A DNA stretch of 64,000 nucleotides. Source: Lophium mytilinum (taxonomy: Eukaryota). Below are positions 26,501-39,138 of this stretch, piece by piece. How positions within the stretch are numbered: the first letter of the stretch is position 1; each line of letters begins with the position of its first letter. Both the position numbers and the translations under genes were made by a program. The DNA lies in NCBI GenBank assembly GCA_010093605.1, contig MU004183.1, positions 372,001 through 436,000 on the forward strand, in the 5' to 3' direction. Below the pieces are notes generated by a model, which was given only the letters and a program-made list of their open reading frames with translations, was not told the DNA's origin and searched no databases.

Positions 26501-28151
26501 TTGCCGACTTGGAGCTCGAGTTTGCACCAGGACGCGTTGTTGACCGCGTTGAAATCGGCTCCTTCAATCTTAAGCCAGCATGGTCCCATGAGGTTTTTCC
26601 AGAGAGCAAATTGCTCAAAAAGTGAAGTATTGGATCCAAATACATGGGAGAAAGTTTCGCCCTTCAGATCCGCTGGAAGTGGAGACTTGTCGTAAGGATA
26701 AAGCAGCTTCAGATAATCTGCCTCTTTGGGAATATCGGGTAATTCAAAAGCGTACTTCCTCGTGCATGGCTTGATCTTGTGCATTCCTACACGAAGCTTT
26801 GTCATGAGGCCATCCACTTCCTCATAGACATCGCTCATCTCCACCTCCTCATCCGTGTCGCGGCCGTGTCGTTGACGGTGTTCGCGGGGAAGGAAGTACA
26901 GCTTCCGAAGAATGTTATCGACTTTGACGAAGCAACTCACGTAGGCTCCAGTAGTCTTGTCCTTTACCTTTCCGAACAAACATAAACTGCCGTTGATTTC
27001 CGTATAGTCCATCCAGAACATGTGAACACTGCCGTCTTCCTCGAGAGCTGACTTGGAACTAAGCTTTCCAGGGGCAGCAGCATTTGGAGCGGGGCTGCTC
27101 ATAATGTTGAGCCTGCTGGTCACATCCGTCCAGGCAGATGCATCTACAGCATCAATGGGACCTCGCACAGGGGACGAGCTATCCGGTGTAGGATAGCTCG
27201 GCTTCTTGACCTTGAGAGCTGGGCGACTTCCGGAAATGTTGACGCTCACGGAGGCTGCTCCAGAATGACGAGTTGGCTGGGCCACTTCTAGCATATCATC
27301 ATCTTCGTCATCCTCGACTTTGATAGCACCCTGAGTCTTTCGCTCCACTGCCTTTGAAACTGGAGAGGATTGTAAGGGGGGGTCACTCATGGCAACATCA
27401 TCGTCCAGCGTAGGAAGGTATCCGTCATCATCATACGATATCGCCGGTGGAGTATCCATCATGAACGCGTCCGAGCTATCCGGTTTCTTCGTAGTCCTTG
27501 GTCGGTTCTCAGATATGGGAGGAGACAGAACGCGGGTCTTTCGTCGGTGTTCAGTCTTGACTGGGCGCATGCGAGTGGCCGTGGGGCGACGGGGAACGTT
27601 TGCGTCGACCTCGCCGAGTAGGTCTGCCATGAAGGCATCGTCATCGGCAGTGGCCACGGGCTATGTATGTTGTCAGTGGAGGGGTATGGTAGATGGTGTG
27701 CTTGACTTGCCTTCGGTTTAGGAGCCTTGGTAGCCGTCTTCGCGTTGAAGTATTTGCTGATGCCGTTGTTGATCTTCTCTTCTTTTTCTCGATCCTCTTC
27801 GCGTTTCCTCTTGGCTATCAAGCAAAACATTAGACGACGGTTCTACCAAGTGGGCGTGGGATACGTACCAGCTTTCCCCTTCACGGGTCGTTCATCCTCG
27901 CTCTCGCTGTAGTCGTACCGTTTGTCCGTGGTGTCCCAGTCTTCTCTCCCATCGTCGGCGTAGCCTTCGCCATTGTCGTCTACAACGAAGTCGTCCTGAT
28001 CTAGGCGGCCCCGCACAACCTTCTTGTATCCTTCCTCGTCGACCTCCTCATAAAGCTGCTCTTCATCTGCAACCTCATATGTTGATAAACGCGTCTTTCC
28101 TGCGGCGCGGAGAGCACGCAGCTCGGCCAACTTGGCGGCTCGTGAAGACAT
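23550..28151 (-). CDS. POL1: DNA polymerase alpha catalytic subunit (family B), 4 introns
   Basis: [12 protein letters not shown]-terminal motif, [35 protein letters not shown] and C-terminal Cys-rich metal-binding motifs. Confidence 0.98.
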
Positions 28152-28292
28152 GCTAAACGAACAAGGACATGCAATTGGAACGAATGCTGCTTAGAATGAC
28201 GATTATCGAAGTTTGCGTTAAGATGTCGGTTGTTGAAAGGTGTATGAAGTAGGAAGTGTGGGGAGAGGGACGGCTGATTGATTGATTTGGAG

Positions 28293-28347
28293 AACGCGGC
28301 AGTCGCGACGCGTTGGCGCTAGCGGAATAAGCTCGGACGCCAACGCG
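28293..28347. promoter_or_regulatory. MCB-like (ACGCG/ACGCGT) cell-cycle elements in the POL1/REX2 divergent promoter
   Basis: ACGCGT at 28308-28313, further ACGCG cores at about 28294 and 28343; MCB boxes are established upstream of fungal DNA replication genes. Confidence 0.6.
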
Positions 28348-28475
28348 CTTTCCGAAGTGGGATGAAACCACTTTCACCTCACCACAATACCTTTGTGCAT
28401 ACACCACGCTTTCACTGTTTCCAATCAACCGTGCCTTTCTTTGCAGCTATCGCGAAAGTCAAAAGAGCCATCAGG

Positions 28476-29091
28476 ATGCCTTGGTCTAAAGATCCTCTGG
28501 TTTGGATCGATTGCGAAGTAATCACATACGTCCCTCACCCTAGCTTCCAATGCTAATTGGTGAATGTAGATGACCGGACTCGATCCCGAGACGGAATCAA
28601 TCCTCCAAATCGCATGCTTCGTCACCGACTACAACCTCAACATGCTAGAGAAGGACGGCTTCGAAGTCGTAATTCACCACAGCGCAAAGACCCTCGACCA
28701 AATGGGCGAGTGGTGTCAGAAGCACCACGGTGATTCAGGCCTCACAAAAGCCTGCATTGCGTCCGAAGTCACACACGACCAAGCGGCCACATGCCTTCTA
28801 GACTACATACAAAAGCTAGTGCCAAAATCAGGAAAGGCCCTCTTGGCTGGGAATTCTGTTCACGCCGACAAGGCATTTCTAGCCAAATCGCCTTACAACA
28901 TCGTCCTCGACCATCTCCACTACAGAATCCTCGATGTCAGCTCCATCAAAGAGGCTGCGAGACGATGGGCACCTAACGAAGTTCTTGCGAAAGCGCCGCC
29001 AAAGTTGGGACTACATGAAGCACGTCAAGACATCATTGAGAGCATTGAAGAAGCCAGGTTTTACCGTGATACCTTCTTCAAGCAAACCTGA
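28476..29091 (+). CDS. REX2: Oligoribonuclease (DEDDh 3'-5' exonuclease)
   Basis: LVWIDCE|MTGLD, LAGNSVHADK, HYRILDVSSIKE and HEARQDIIESIEE; one intron; in-frame upstream ATG at 28362. Confidence 0.95.
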
Positions 29092-29850
29092 GTTCTATAG
29101 ACTCTCCTGCGAATTTTCTATAAGTAAGGCTGAACAGGACAACATTCTATCCTGAATCGCTTGTTTTCCACCGCAGCGGTCTGACGTCGCCCGACTGCTA
29201 CACTTGAGGACTACTAAATCTGCAGCTAGCATCATAGCTGTATGTTTCATCATCACTCTCCAACTGATATTCGAGCATGCCCTAATAATGGCCACCACAC
29301 CTAGAGTCCTCGTTAGACTTAGTTTCTCGAATGCTGTCTTCCACGCTCAAGATATCGATACACTATGCAAATCACGACTATCAGAATCCATCAACGACAT
29401 TCGATATGTTCATTGTCACCATAGCTTTGAGCTCTAAAACTATCAGGGAGGAGCGGCTCAGAATCGATGTCACGTAGAAGTAGCAGCAGTAGCCACGGTG
29501 CTCTCTCGGCGTCTCGCTCGTCTAGTCGAACTCACTAGACGCTCTCTAGAGTGGCTATGGCTTTTCGATTGCTTTTTAGCTCCGCCATTTCTACATACTA
29601 GTGCTCATCGCGAGATCATGGTGGTAGAACCATCTTTCAAAGTACCAACGATGGCCTTTCCACTCGACCTAAACGTGGTAGTTGTGCTCCAGAGCAAGGC
29701 TCTATTGCCAGGATAGCTAATTAAATCAACAAATTTATATGCAATAAGCAGACATAGATTCTTCATACCAATCCTTGAGTGATTATGCTATTCGAACTAT
29801 ACAGGTATAAAAGAACACTAAAAGAACAAATACGCACTCGAACGAAGCCA

Positions 29851-31603
29851 TCATGAATAGCGCCGTGTCAACCGCACCCGAACGTCCGCCACTGGAGACC
29901 TTGACGCGCCCGCCAAACCCATCGCCGGAATCTCAAGAACATCGCTGCCATCTGCCGGCCTCAGATCCCACATCATCAAGATACTCGCCGCGAATATCAG
30001 CACCTCCTTCTCAGCGAAGTAACGCCCTTTGCACTTATACAAGCCCCCTCCGAATGTATGCAGATTCTTCATAACGACGCGGACAGGTTCGTCTTTGCCA
30101 TCCCCCTCGATGAAGCGTCCCGGTCGAAATTTTTCAGGCTCTTCGAAGATCCGTGGATCCTGCTGCATCGTCCCGTTGGCGAGGACGAGCGAGCTTCCAG
30201 CGGGAATACGATAGGACTGCGGCTTCTTCTTGCCGAACATAGCTGCATCCTCGGCCGACTCCGTCACAACGAGGTCCTTGTTGACCTGTCTGATGCCCAA
30301 TCCTGACATGTTCATCCTCATCGTCTCATAGAAGGACGCCTTGATCAACGGACAATACTTGCAAAGTCCATCGACATCGATGTCCAACTTCGGTAATCCA
30401 TTCGCTCCACACTCGCCAGTCGACGACGTTTTGACATACGCGGCGAGTTCTTTCCGGATATCAGAGAGCAGCTCCCTCTGCGCGTATATCTGCATCAGCA
30501 TCCAGAAGATATTCTTGTTCGAGTTGACGTTCACGCCCCACAACACCGAGACGTCGTTCGTCGTCTGTAGTTTCGTAGACGCCTTGCTGTCGACCCAAGT
30601 CTTCACCCGCAGCCGCATCACCTCCGACACATCGTCCAAGTCCTGATACTCCGGGCCCGGATCCTGCCCCCGCTGGACCGCAGCCACAGCAGCATGCCAC
30701 CCATCCATCGCCATCACAAGCGCCCGCCGCGCCTCTTTCGCCCGTCGCCCCGCCGCGGTGAACGCCCCGAGCGACGACACAAGATGATGCACCCCCTCAT
30801 CAAAATCCCAAAGATCCTTCTGCAGCTCGGGGTTATTCTTAATCAACGCCTCCCCATACAGCATATCAATAACCACCTGGCCCACATAGTTAACCACCAG
30901 CCCGTAAAAATTCGCATCCGCGCTCCCATCCTCGTTATACGTCACACCTCCCGCTTTCTCCCACGCCTGTTCACTCCCTTTCGACGTAACCAAACTCCCG
31001 CTTTTCAGCTCCACCGCCCGCGCCGTCTTCCCCGTCGCCTCGGTCACGAAGTCGTCTTTCAGCATTAGGTTTAGAGCTTTGTGGCTCTCGTGAAACGCGG
31101 CATGCTCGGTGCGCGCAGCATTGCCGTCGCCGAACGCCACGCGCATGAACCAATACAGAATCTTCTCTTTCGAGAGCACCGCGGCTTTTTGCGCGAAGAC
31201 TTGGCGGACTAGCGAGGGCATGTTGATCACGTAGTAGGTTGAGGGGCCGAGGCGGTAGGAGATGAGGCCGTCGCCGCTGGAGTCGCTGTTGAGGGGGTGT
31301 GTGAGTGGGGGTTTGGATAGGGGGTCAAGGAGGGGAGGGGGGTTACCGGTCTTTTGCGAGCGTGCCTTCGACATCGCGGGCGAAGGAGATGGCGGAGCCG
31401 ACGAAGGGGATCCAGTAGGGGATGCGGATGGGGGTTTTGAGGGGAAGGTCGGTTTGGGTAAGGGCGTGGCGGCGTTGGAGCTCCGTGAGGGCGCGGGTGA
31501 GGAGGGTGATTGCAAGGAGGGTGGTTAGGATGGTGAGGGTTGGGGAGGTTGTGATTAGGTGGATTATGGCAGGCGGGAGGTGGTATGAGTGGAGGAAGCC
31601 CAT
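29851..31603 (-). CDS. Cytochrome P450 (CYP7/CYP8-like clan), one intron
   Basis: N-terminal TM anchor followed by IPYWIPFVGSA, ETMR (ExxR), PEKFRPGRF and heme motif FGGGLYKCKG; I-helix VNVNSN lacks the usual acid-Thr pair. Confidence 0.93.
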
Positions 31604-32709
31604 TTTTAGGATTCAGAGATAAAAGATGCTGAATGTAGAGAAAGAGAAGAAAGTGGAGTACCGAGTTCTTCGTGTTTGAGAATGTTGACAGGAATTAGTT
31701 CGTGTATGCGAACAATTATCGGCAATAGCCAGAAGATGAGAAAGAACGAAGAAAGTAATACAGAAACGGTCGCAATACAGGAAGCAAATGGAAATCCAAC
31801 CCAAAGAACACCATTCGCCCAATCCCTTCAGCCCATAAGCCCAAAGCCATGTGCGATGCTCGCAAATCCCACATCCTATTCTCGGCTCTGCGCAATCATC
31901 CAAGCCTCTTCCATGTGTAATACCCAATAGATAAGCCCTACCCGTCGAGGCTATGTACATGTACACTCTGTACCACAAGACACCAACCAATAACACAGAG
32001 CTGACTCAAGTGCAACTATTCCGGCCCCAAAACTAAACTGGGAAAAGAGATCCTGTGATACCCCAAGGGCGGCTGGGCGGAATAGCCCCGCGGCTGCTCT
32101 GCTTCAGCTGGTGGTAAATATAACCCGCTAGGTTACAAGCGTGGTCCCGGCAGCGTGGCTGACGTGGAGGGTGAGATGCAGGGATTGTTCAGCCTCACCG
32201 ATCGCCCCGTGGATGATGTTAAGCATCGAGAACATCCCTGGAAGCATGGATTGCCGGTCTGGATCTGGGTGACGGGCGGATGCTAAGGCTGAATCATGGT
32301 GATGAGATGACTGGTGGTGTCGTTGTTTAGGGCTGAAGTGGAGGTGGGGCTCCCCTACGTAGTGTTGCGTCCAAAAGCCAGCTCTAGATTCTGGTCTTTC
32401 GTCATTCGGTGCTCATTTTAAAGGTTTTGCTTAGATCATTTTGTGCATGCGGTGTCCAGCGATTTTATCTTGAAGTCAGTCGTTTCGAGTTCGCATTGAT
32501 GATAGTCTACGTAAAATGATGTGGATATATCCGGTCCCAAAGTACCTTAAGTGAACGCCTCTCCCATCCTCGCAATGCAGTCTTGTCTGAAAAACGATCT
32601 ACCAATCAATATATATAAGTGAACAGAAATAATGCACGAAATTGAACGAAACGCAAAAGTAGCAATTGCAAATCCGAGGAGCGCTCCAGGCGTCTCATTG
32701 CATACCATC

Positions 32710-34677
32710 TCATCCCAAACATAGAAGCCGATCAGTCCGGATCGCATGCGCACTGCTATCAGGCTCTAACATCTCATCCCACCAGCCCTCATGACGGTGC
32801 ACCTCGGTGTTCTGGCGCGCAAGCCAGCTGCGCAGACCAGAAACGCGGCGGAGGACTGCTGGAAGCGTGCTTTTGTCTCCTTCGCGAATCGGTACAACGC
32901 GTTGGTACAGTCTGTCCCGTTTGTCGGCGTTACATGTTAAACAGGCTATCCAGAGTGGCCAGATGGGGTAGATCGCTGTGTATAGCGGGCCGGTGACTGG
33001 TAGGGAGAGTATTAGAGAGATGAGGGCATCGGAGAGCTCGGCGACTGCGGGATGGAAGCGAGTATAGCTATGTTCATGCGATTAGTGGTTGAATCATGAG
33101 AATTATATAGACTGAAATTACCCGTATAGTCGGCACCTGAGATAGATTTGTGCTGCAAGCCGGTATGTTTCCGCTGTAGCAAGTACGATTTCATGCGCTG
33201 ATCCTGTCACCTCTGTCGTCCATTGCCGTAGAGCCTGGAGCTGCGCGTCTTGCATTTGCGCGTAAGACAGTTTGTGGGCCATTATGGAGCTACTTTTGTC
33301 CGCCGAAAGAGCGGTGATGGACGATATAAGGAACAGAAGTTGCGGTGAGAGGCCGAGTACTCCATTGATGCATTGCGCCTCGTTTTGCGGAATCATATCG
33401 TACCATTCCGCAGTTTCTAGTGAGTGAAGCTTGGTATTTCGTAATTGAGCGCCCGTTTGCGAAGTCCGCGCAAGTATCAGCTGGTATCTTATGAATGATG
33501 CGGCATCGCAGAGCGGATTGATTTGATTCGGCGGGATCGTGTCGAAGATACTGGCATGGACAGACCAACACATATTCGACTCATCCACGTTGTTGACTGC
33601 ATCGTGGTGTAGTAGTAGCATGCTGGTAGCCAAGCATGCATCGAAGGAGTCGCCGGCGGTAATCTGTCGAGCTAACGACTGCAATGCCTCCGTCATGTAA
33701 AATAGATGGGCTTGATGATAACGCTCCTTTTCCGCATGGACATAATCTTCAATGTATGAGGCGCTCAGACTTAGTAAAGCGAATCTGGTGCTTGGGCAGG
33801 TGTCTGCAATTCGTAGCAGGGTAATGTATGCATTCGACTTTGTTATGGGGGTGCGTCCAGGGCAAATGCCATTGATGTCTACCTTGGTCAGTTAACTTGG
33901 AATGAGCTGTGGGAGCTTATCGCACTTACAGAAGTCAATGAGCAGATGCTCCATATCATTCTTCCATAAATTCGAAGAAGAACTCGGCAGGAACTTGATT
34001 AGTCCTATCCCGAAAGCCGTCGATTCTGGCTCAGAAACAGGAACGGGGATGCTGATGGGCGCCTTGCCCGGCGAAGGCATATGACGCATGGGAGTAGGCG
34101 ATCTACTCATCGACATCCTCAAGAGCTCGTTGTCTGATCTTGGTGACTCCGCTACCAAGTTTAGCCTCTTGGGCCCAATAGAGCCATTGACCGCATTGCG
34201 AAAGCGGAGGCCGTTGGTGAAAGAATACTCACTTTTGATATCCGATCCATCCGATAGCTCAACTAAGAAATCTTGACAGGCATCTGATTTCGACTTTTGT
34301 ATGTGCCTAATGCGTTGCACGACGATTGCCACGGCCCGTTGGTCCTGGACCAGAGATATGTACGATGACTGATTCTCCAGCCCGGCCTTGAATCTTTCGA
34401 ATTGCTTCCCGTTCAGCTCACCCAATCTCCAGAACAACTGACCCAGGACTTCGAGGAGAATCACCGCAGGCCCTTTTTGGACCATCCATTGACGCACAAC
34501 CAATAAGTTCCGTCGAGTGTTCCTTTGGTTTGCCTCGGTGGGTAGATCGACAACCCTTGCCAGTAGCCGGTCGATATGCGCATAGTCTAAGTTGGTGAAA
34601 TCGGGCGATACGGAAAGATGTTGCATGGCATCGTTAGCAGCTTCGAGCGCCTTGTTGAGCTTCCGGTCTACGTCCAT
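32710..34677 (-). CDS. Fungal-specific transcription factor domain protein (Fungal_trans_2/DUF3468-like), no Zn2Cys6 seen
   Basis: Three exons; LATSMLLLHHD, GVLGLSPQLLFLISSIT, AETYRLAAQIYLRCRL and YPIWPLWIA; ends LLCLG-stop at 32710. Confidence 0.75.
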
Positions 34678-36161
34678 AGCGATAGAGTTCCAGAGGGGGG
34701 TAACGATAGCGATGTACTCGAAGTGTGGGAGTCTATCTTTGAGATAGGCCGAGACGCGGGGCTGAGACCAGTTGTGGTGTGGCCGGAGAGTTGAACGAGA
34801 CTATATTCCCTGTTCGGGGAATTTAGTTTCTGCTATTTACACGCACGACAAGGCGTCAGGCATCAAAGGCAAGGCAGTTGAAATAAGGAATTCTCTCGTC
34901 TATGACAGGGCTGAAGTGCAGGGCTGACCCGCGCGTATAGCGTATAAATGGAGGCTTGTGGTATGAAAATGTCGATCAGAACAGCGGCAATCTAGATAAA
35001 ACGGGTAGTTTTAAGATGACTTTAACAACTGCTACTCTAGCAGCTCTGGCAGTTCGGGCAGCTTTGGGATGGACTGGGGGCGAAGTTTCCCGCTTCTCCA
35101 CAAGGAGCGCGTGCTGCTTGAGACAGGCGTCCATCCTAGCCCGACCACTGAGGGCTGATTGTTGAACGGACGTTGCCGATAGCTGGCCCCTTCTAATCCA
35201 TTGCTTTGGGCCAACGATAGTAGATGGGCCCAAAGCATACCGGCCGTGAGGCAAGAATAGCAAGTTGCAAGTGCAAAGCCGCGGGAACGGAGTCAGGAGG
35301 CGGTGGAGGCTCAAGCCATAGCCAGACCTGCCCGAGCCTTCCCCGAGCCATGCTGCCACTGCCGAACCGTACTGCCACTGCCGAGCGGCGGCATATGGTG
35401 GTGTACTGCGATCGGTCAGCGAAAGATGCCTTTAGACGCTGACCAAGTAGGGCGTGTGTGGTGCCAAAGCTGTCAAACTGCGAGGTTCGCGAACTTCAGC
35501 TGTCATCTCTGGCGTCTCTGGCGTCTTCTGCCGTCCAGCTTATCCAACCCCATTGCCACGGTTATTTCGAAGACGTCACGGTGCAACACCTCTAAGGGTT
35601 AGCAATCTGCTAAGAATGATGGGCGCAAGATCTGCAACAGGGATCGAACCCAGTCCATCCCCGAATCGCTCTAGCGGTATATACCACGCGGCTCGACGAC
35701 CCCACAGGATGCGGCTTAGTCGAGGCGCAGGCTTCTAGAAGATAATACATCCTTTTCTTTTCCTCATTCATGTTGAGTATACCACTCCAAATGGCATCGC
35801 ACGGGAGCACTGCCCGCATCCGCTGCGCTGGCTGCGCTAAGCCTCAGACCAGAATGTTCTACCCGATGCTCCTTCGCCCTCGCCCGTGCTTATGGGAGCA
35901 CTACATTAATGCAATCGCGTTCGTGCGTTGCATCTGGCCTATCAGTGATGGCCAGCATGCTGCAAGTCTATTTTTGTACGACACAATGGACACCCAATGA
36001 GGCTGCACAGGGCTGAGCATTCAACCTCGTTTCATCATATGTATATAGAGCTCCTGGGCCATTTCAAGGATGGCGTTTTCTATTCAACATCTTTTCGTGT
36101 AACTAACTATTCAACGTCTTCAAATATTCTAAATATCTCATCCAGAACAAGATCAACCATC

Positions 36162-37209
36162 ATGGACCAATCAAGCGCCATGGCCGAGCACATCATGGAA
36201 GCCTCTGGCCTGACCCTCCACTTCAGCCCTGCTCAAATCTTCCTCGGACTAGCAATGTTAACTATCATCCTTCTGAGTAACGGCAAAAGTCTCCTCTTCA
36301 TGTGGCACGTAAATCTAACCCCGTTCACACTTCCCTCCCCCCCTTTTCTAACACTTCCTAGGTACGACTCGTCCTTCAGCTATCACGGCATCTCCTATTC
36401 CGCCGCCGCTCTTTGACCATATCCTCCGCCTCCCACGGCGCCGAGTCCCTCTTCCTCCCCGTCCTCACTTCCTCCTACACACGTAAGCATCACTGCCCCC
36501 AATACAATCACAAACAACGAACACTAACCCCACCAAAGCGCTCCTAGACGTCGACTACAACCTCCACAAATCCAACTCCACCTTCTTCAACGACCTCGAC
36601 GACAACAGAACCGAGCTCATGCTCGCCCTCTTCAAGAACGTCATGGCGCCCCAAAAACAGGGGAAGAGCACTTTGAAACCCAAAACCATCAACCTCGGCG
36701 GCACCGCCTGCATCTTCAAGAAGCCTATCGCGCCCTTTGCCCGCTACGAAATCTCCTCGCGCGTGCTGTGCTGGGATCAGAAGTGGATCTATGTCGTGAG
36801 CCACTTCACGAAGCCTGGCGCGAATAAGCCGACGGCGTTTGTGCTAGGCTCACAGACGCCGAGTTCGCAGATGGCGAGGGTGGTGGGGAAGGCGGATGAG
36901 GCGAGCGAGGAGGGGGTGTATGCGTCGGCGATTGCGAAGTATGTTTTCAAAGCGGGCAGGGTGACGGTTGCGCCGGAGGAGGTGATTGCGGAGTGTGGGC
37001 TGTTTCCAGAGAAAACCTTCACTCAGCAGGGGGGGCGTGCTGAAAGGGGGGGTTTGAAGCCAAGGGAAGTGAGCCAGGGCCATTGGTCTTGGGAACGGGT
37101 TCAGGAGGAGTGTCGGAGGAACTTGCCGCTCGCGCAGAACTTTGCGAATTTGGATCAGCTGCATGGCACGAGGTTTGGGGGGTCGGGTCCAGCTTTGTAT
37201 GCTTATTGA
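36162..37209 (+). CDS. Hot-dog-fold thioesterase (LcsJ/AtnL/THEM6-like family), 2 introns
   Basis: Signature DYNLHKSNSTFFNDLD plus FKKPIAPFARYEISSRVLCWDQKWIYVVSHF and AIAKYVFK; N-terminal hydrophobic segment. Confidence 0.82.
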
Positions 37210-37929
37210 GCTATGTGCTTGTCATTATTGGGCATCTAGGGCAAGTCACGTTCTATGTCCTTCGCGTTAATGCATAGATAGAACGTCTATGTGATCAGTT
37301 CCTGAGCAACAGAACGATGAGCGGCTTGCATGTTACTGCGCTGTAATACGGTTATAAGTCATAATAAATAAATGTACAATAGTATAGAGTACTGATCGCA
37401 GGTTGGGAGTTTGAGACTTCGACTGAGTCGGTTTTAGGTAGGGGTAGGAGAACTGCGCTGAGCTATAAAAAGCTGCACAGCCACTATTCTTTCTAGCGTC
37501 TGAATACGCTTAACGCGAAACAAACCCACTAACAGCAAAGACAAACGAGAAGGATCATACACCGTCCTCTTCGTTAAGGGAGGGTTAGCCACCACTCCCG
37601 TGCGCGGATTTTCCAATAACTCCCACATCTACAAAATTGACGCGTATAGAGTGCTGGATACATCATGAAGTCGATTTAGTCAATTATGAGGAGTGCGGAA
37701 GTTTGTTGTACATATGATGAGCCCATGAAGAAGGGAGCGGTTATAACTACAGAGGAGTGCGGGATCTTGGGGGCGCGGAGCATGGCAGGTGGTAACGAAC
37801 ATAATAGGATTTAACAACAAATAGAGAAATCATATTCTAACGCTAACTTCTAACGCTAATTTCGAGTTGATGCCCAAATGGTCAGCCAAAACACCATAGC
37901 CGTCTAAGACTCCTCCGTATCCATGATAG

Positions 37930-39138
37930 TCACGCCTTTCCTTCTACCTCTATCTCCTTGCTATCGACCGATCCATTAGTATGCTCGACCCCATTCATCT
38001 TCTCCTCAACGACCTCAGCAGGACGCTCACTGACGTCCTCAACCGCAGGGGCTTGAGCAGCAACAGCCTCATCCACCAACAAGTCCTCCTCCTTCACCTC
38101 AACCGTCCACCCAAACCCATCCGCCACCTTCCCCCGCATCAAATTCCGCATCGCCGTCCCCAGCTTCACCGTCACGTCACCCGTCTCCGCCCCATAGTAA
38201 AACGTCTCCCCAGTACTCGGCCGATGCAAACTCCTGATCGGCAGCAGGCTCGCCGCCGTGCCCACAGCCACCACCTCATCGAAGAACTTGCACTCGCTCC
38301 ACGGGATCTCCCGCCGCTCCACCGTCCACCCAAACGACTCTGCTAGCGCAAGACAGCTATCGCTCGTGATGCTAGCGACGATGTTCTTGCTGTCTGGCAC
38401 CACGAGCGTGACGTGCTCTCCCGCTTTCCTGACGCCAATGAAGCCCGAGGTGCTGAACTCCTCAACACACGTCCGCGTCTGCGCGTCTAGGTGCAGCGTC
38501 ACCCCGTAACCCTGTGTGCGCGCGCGATCTGTCCAGCGGATGACGGGAGCGTAATTCCCGCCGACTTTGCCACCGCCTGTGCCGCGGGGGGCAGCTCTAT
38601 CGAAGTCCTCAACAACCACGGCGGGGAGTGGCTGCACGCCGTGGTATGTAGTGCCCGGCTGCACGAAGACGGCGAAGGTGAACTCGGTTGGGGCAGTTAG
38701 GGCCAGGTGGCCGCTGCTGCCGAAGACGAGGGGGCGGATGTAGAGGAGGGCTTCCGAGGTATGGGGCGCGACCCATTCGGCGTTTCGCGCGACGGCCATC
38801 TTGACGCATTGCAGAAAGTGTGCTTCGGGGATGGGCGGGATGGAAACGTACGCAGCCGAGGCGGAAAGGCGGGCGGCATGGTCGGCGGGGCGGAAGAGGA
38901 GGATGGAGTTTGTGGGGGAGCGGTGGGCTTTGAGGCCTTCGTAGGCTTGTTGGCCATAATTTAGGGCGGGCGAGAGGCCGTGGACGCGGAGAAAAGGGTC
39001 GGAGACGAATCTTGGGGTGGACCAGACGCCGGTGGAGAGGGTGTAGGTGGACTCCACATGGCCGTTTACGGCGTCTGTGATGGAGAGGCCGAGCGTGTTC
39101 CAGTTGATGGTATCTAGAGGAGAGGGAGGGAATGCCAT
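37930..39138 (-). CDS. Branched-chain amino acid aminotransferase (PLP fold type IV)
   Basis: Intronless 402-aa ORF; LNYGQQAYEGLKA, LYIRP, KVGGNYAP (PLP Lys), VEEFSTS, SITSDS and VGTAA. Confidence 0.95.
   Translation of the reverse strand: MAFPPSPLDTINWNTLGLSITDAVNGHVESTYTLSTGVWSTPRFVSDPFLRVHGLSPALNYGQQAYEGLKAHRSPTNSILLFRPADHAARLSASAAYVSIPPIPEAHFLQCVKMAVARNAEWVAPHTSEALLYIRPLVFGSSGHLALTAPTEFTFAVFVQPGTTYHGVQPLPAVVVEDFDRAAPRGTGGGKVGGNYAPVIRWTDRARTQGYGVTLHLDAQTRTCVEEFSTSGFIGVRKAGEHVTLVVPDSKNIVASITSDSCLALAESFGWTVERREIPWSECKFFDEVVAVGTAASLLPIRSLHRPSTGETFYYGAETGDVTVKLGTAMRNLMRGKVADGFGWTVEVKEEDLLVDEAVAAQAPAVEDVSERPAEVVEEKMNGVEHTNGSVDSKEIEVEGKA

Noticed and set aside
37836..37860. 13-bp tandem duplication TTCTAACGCTAAC
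   Set aside because: Simple slippage repeat in a 3' region; not a telomeric or CRISPR array.
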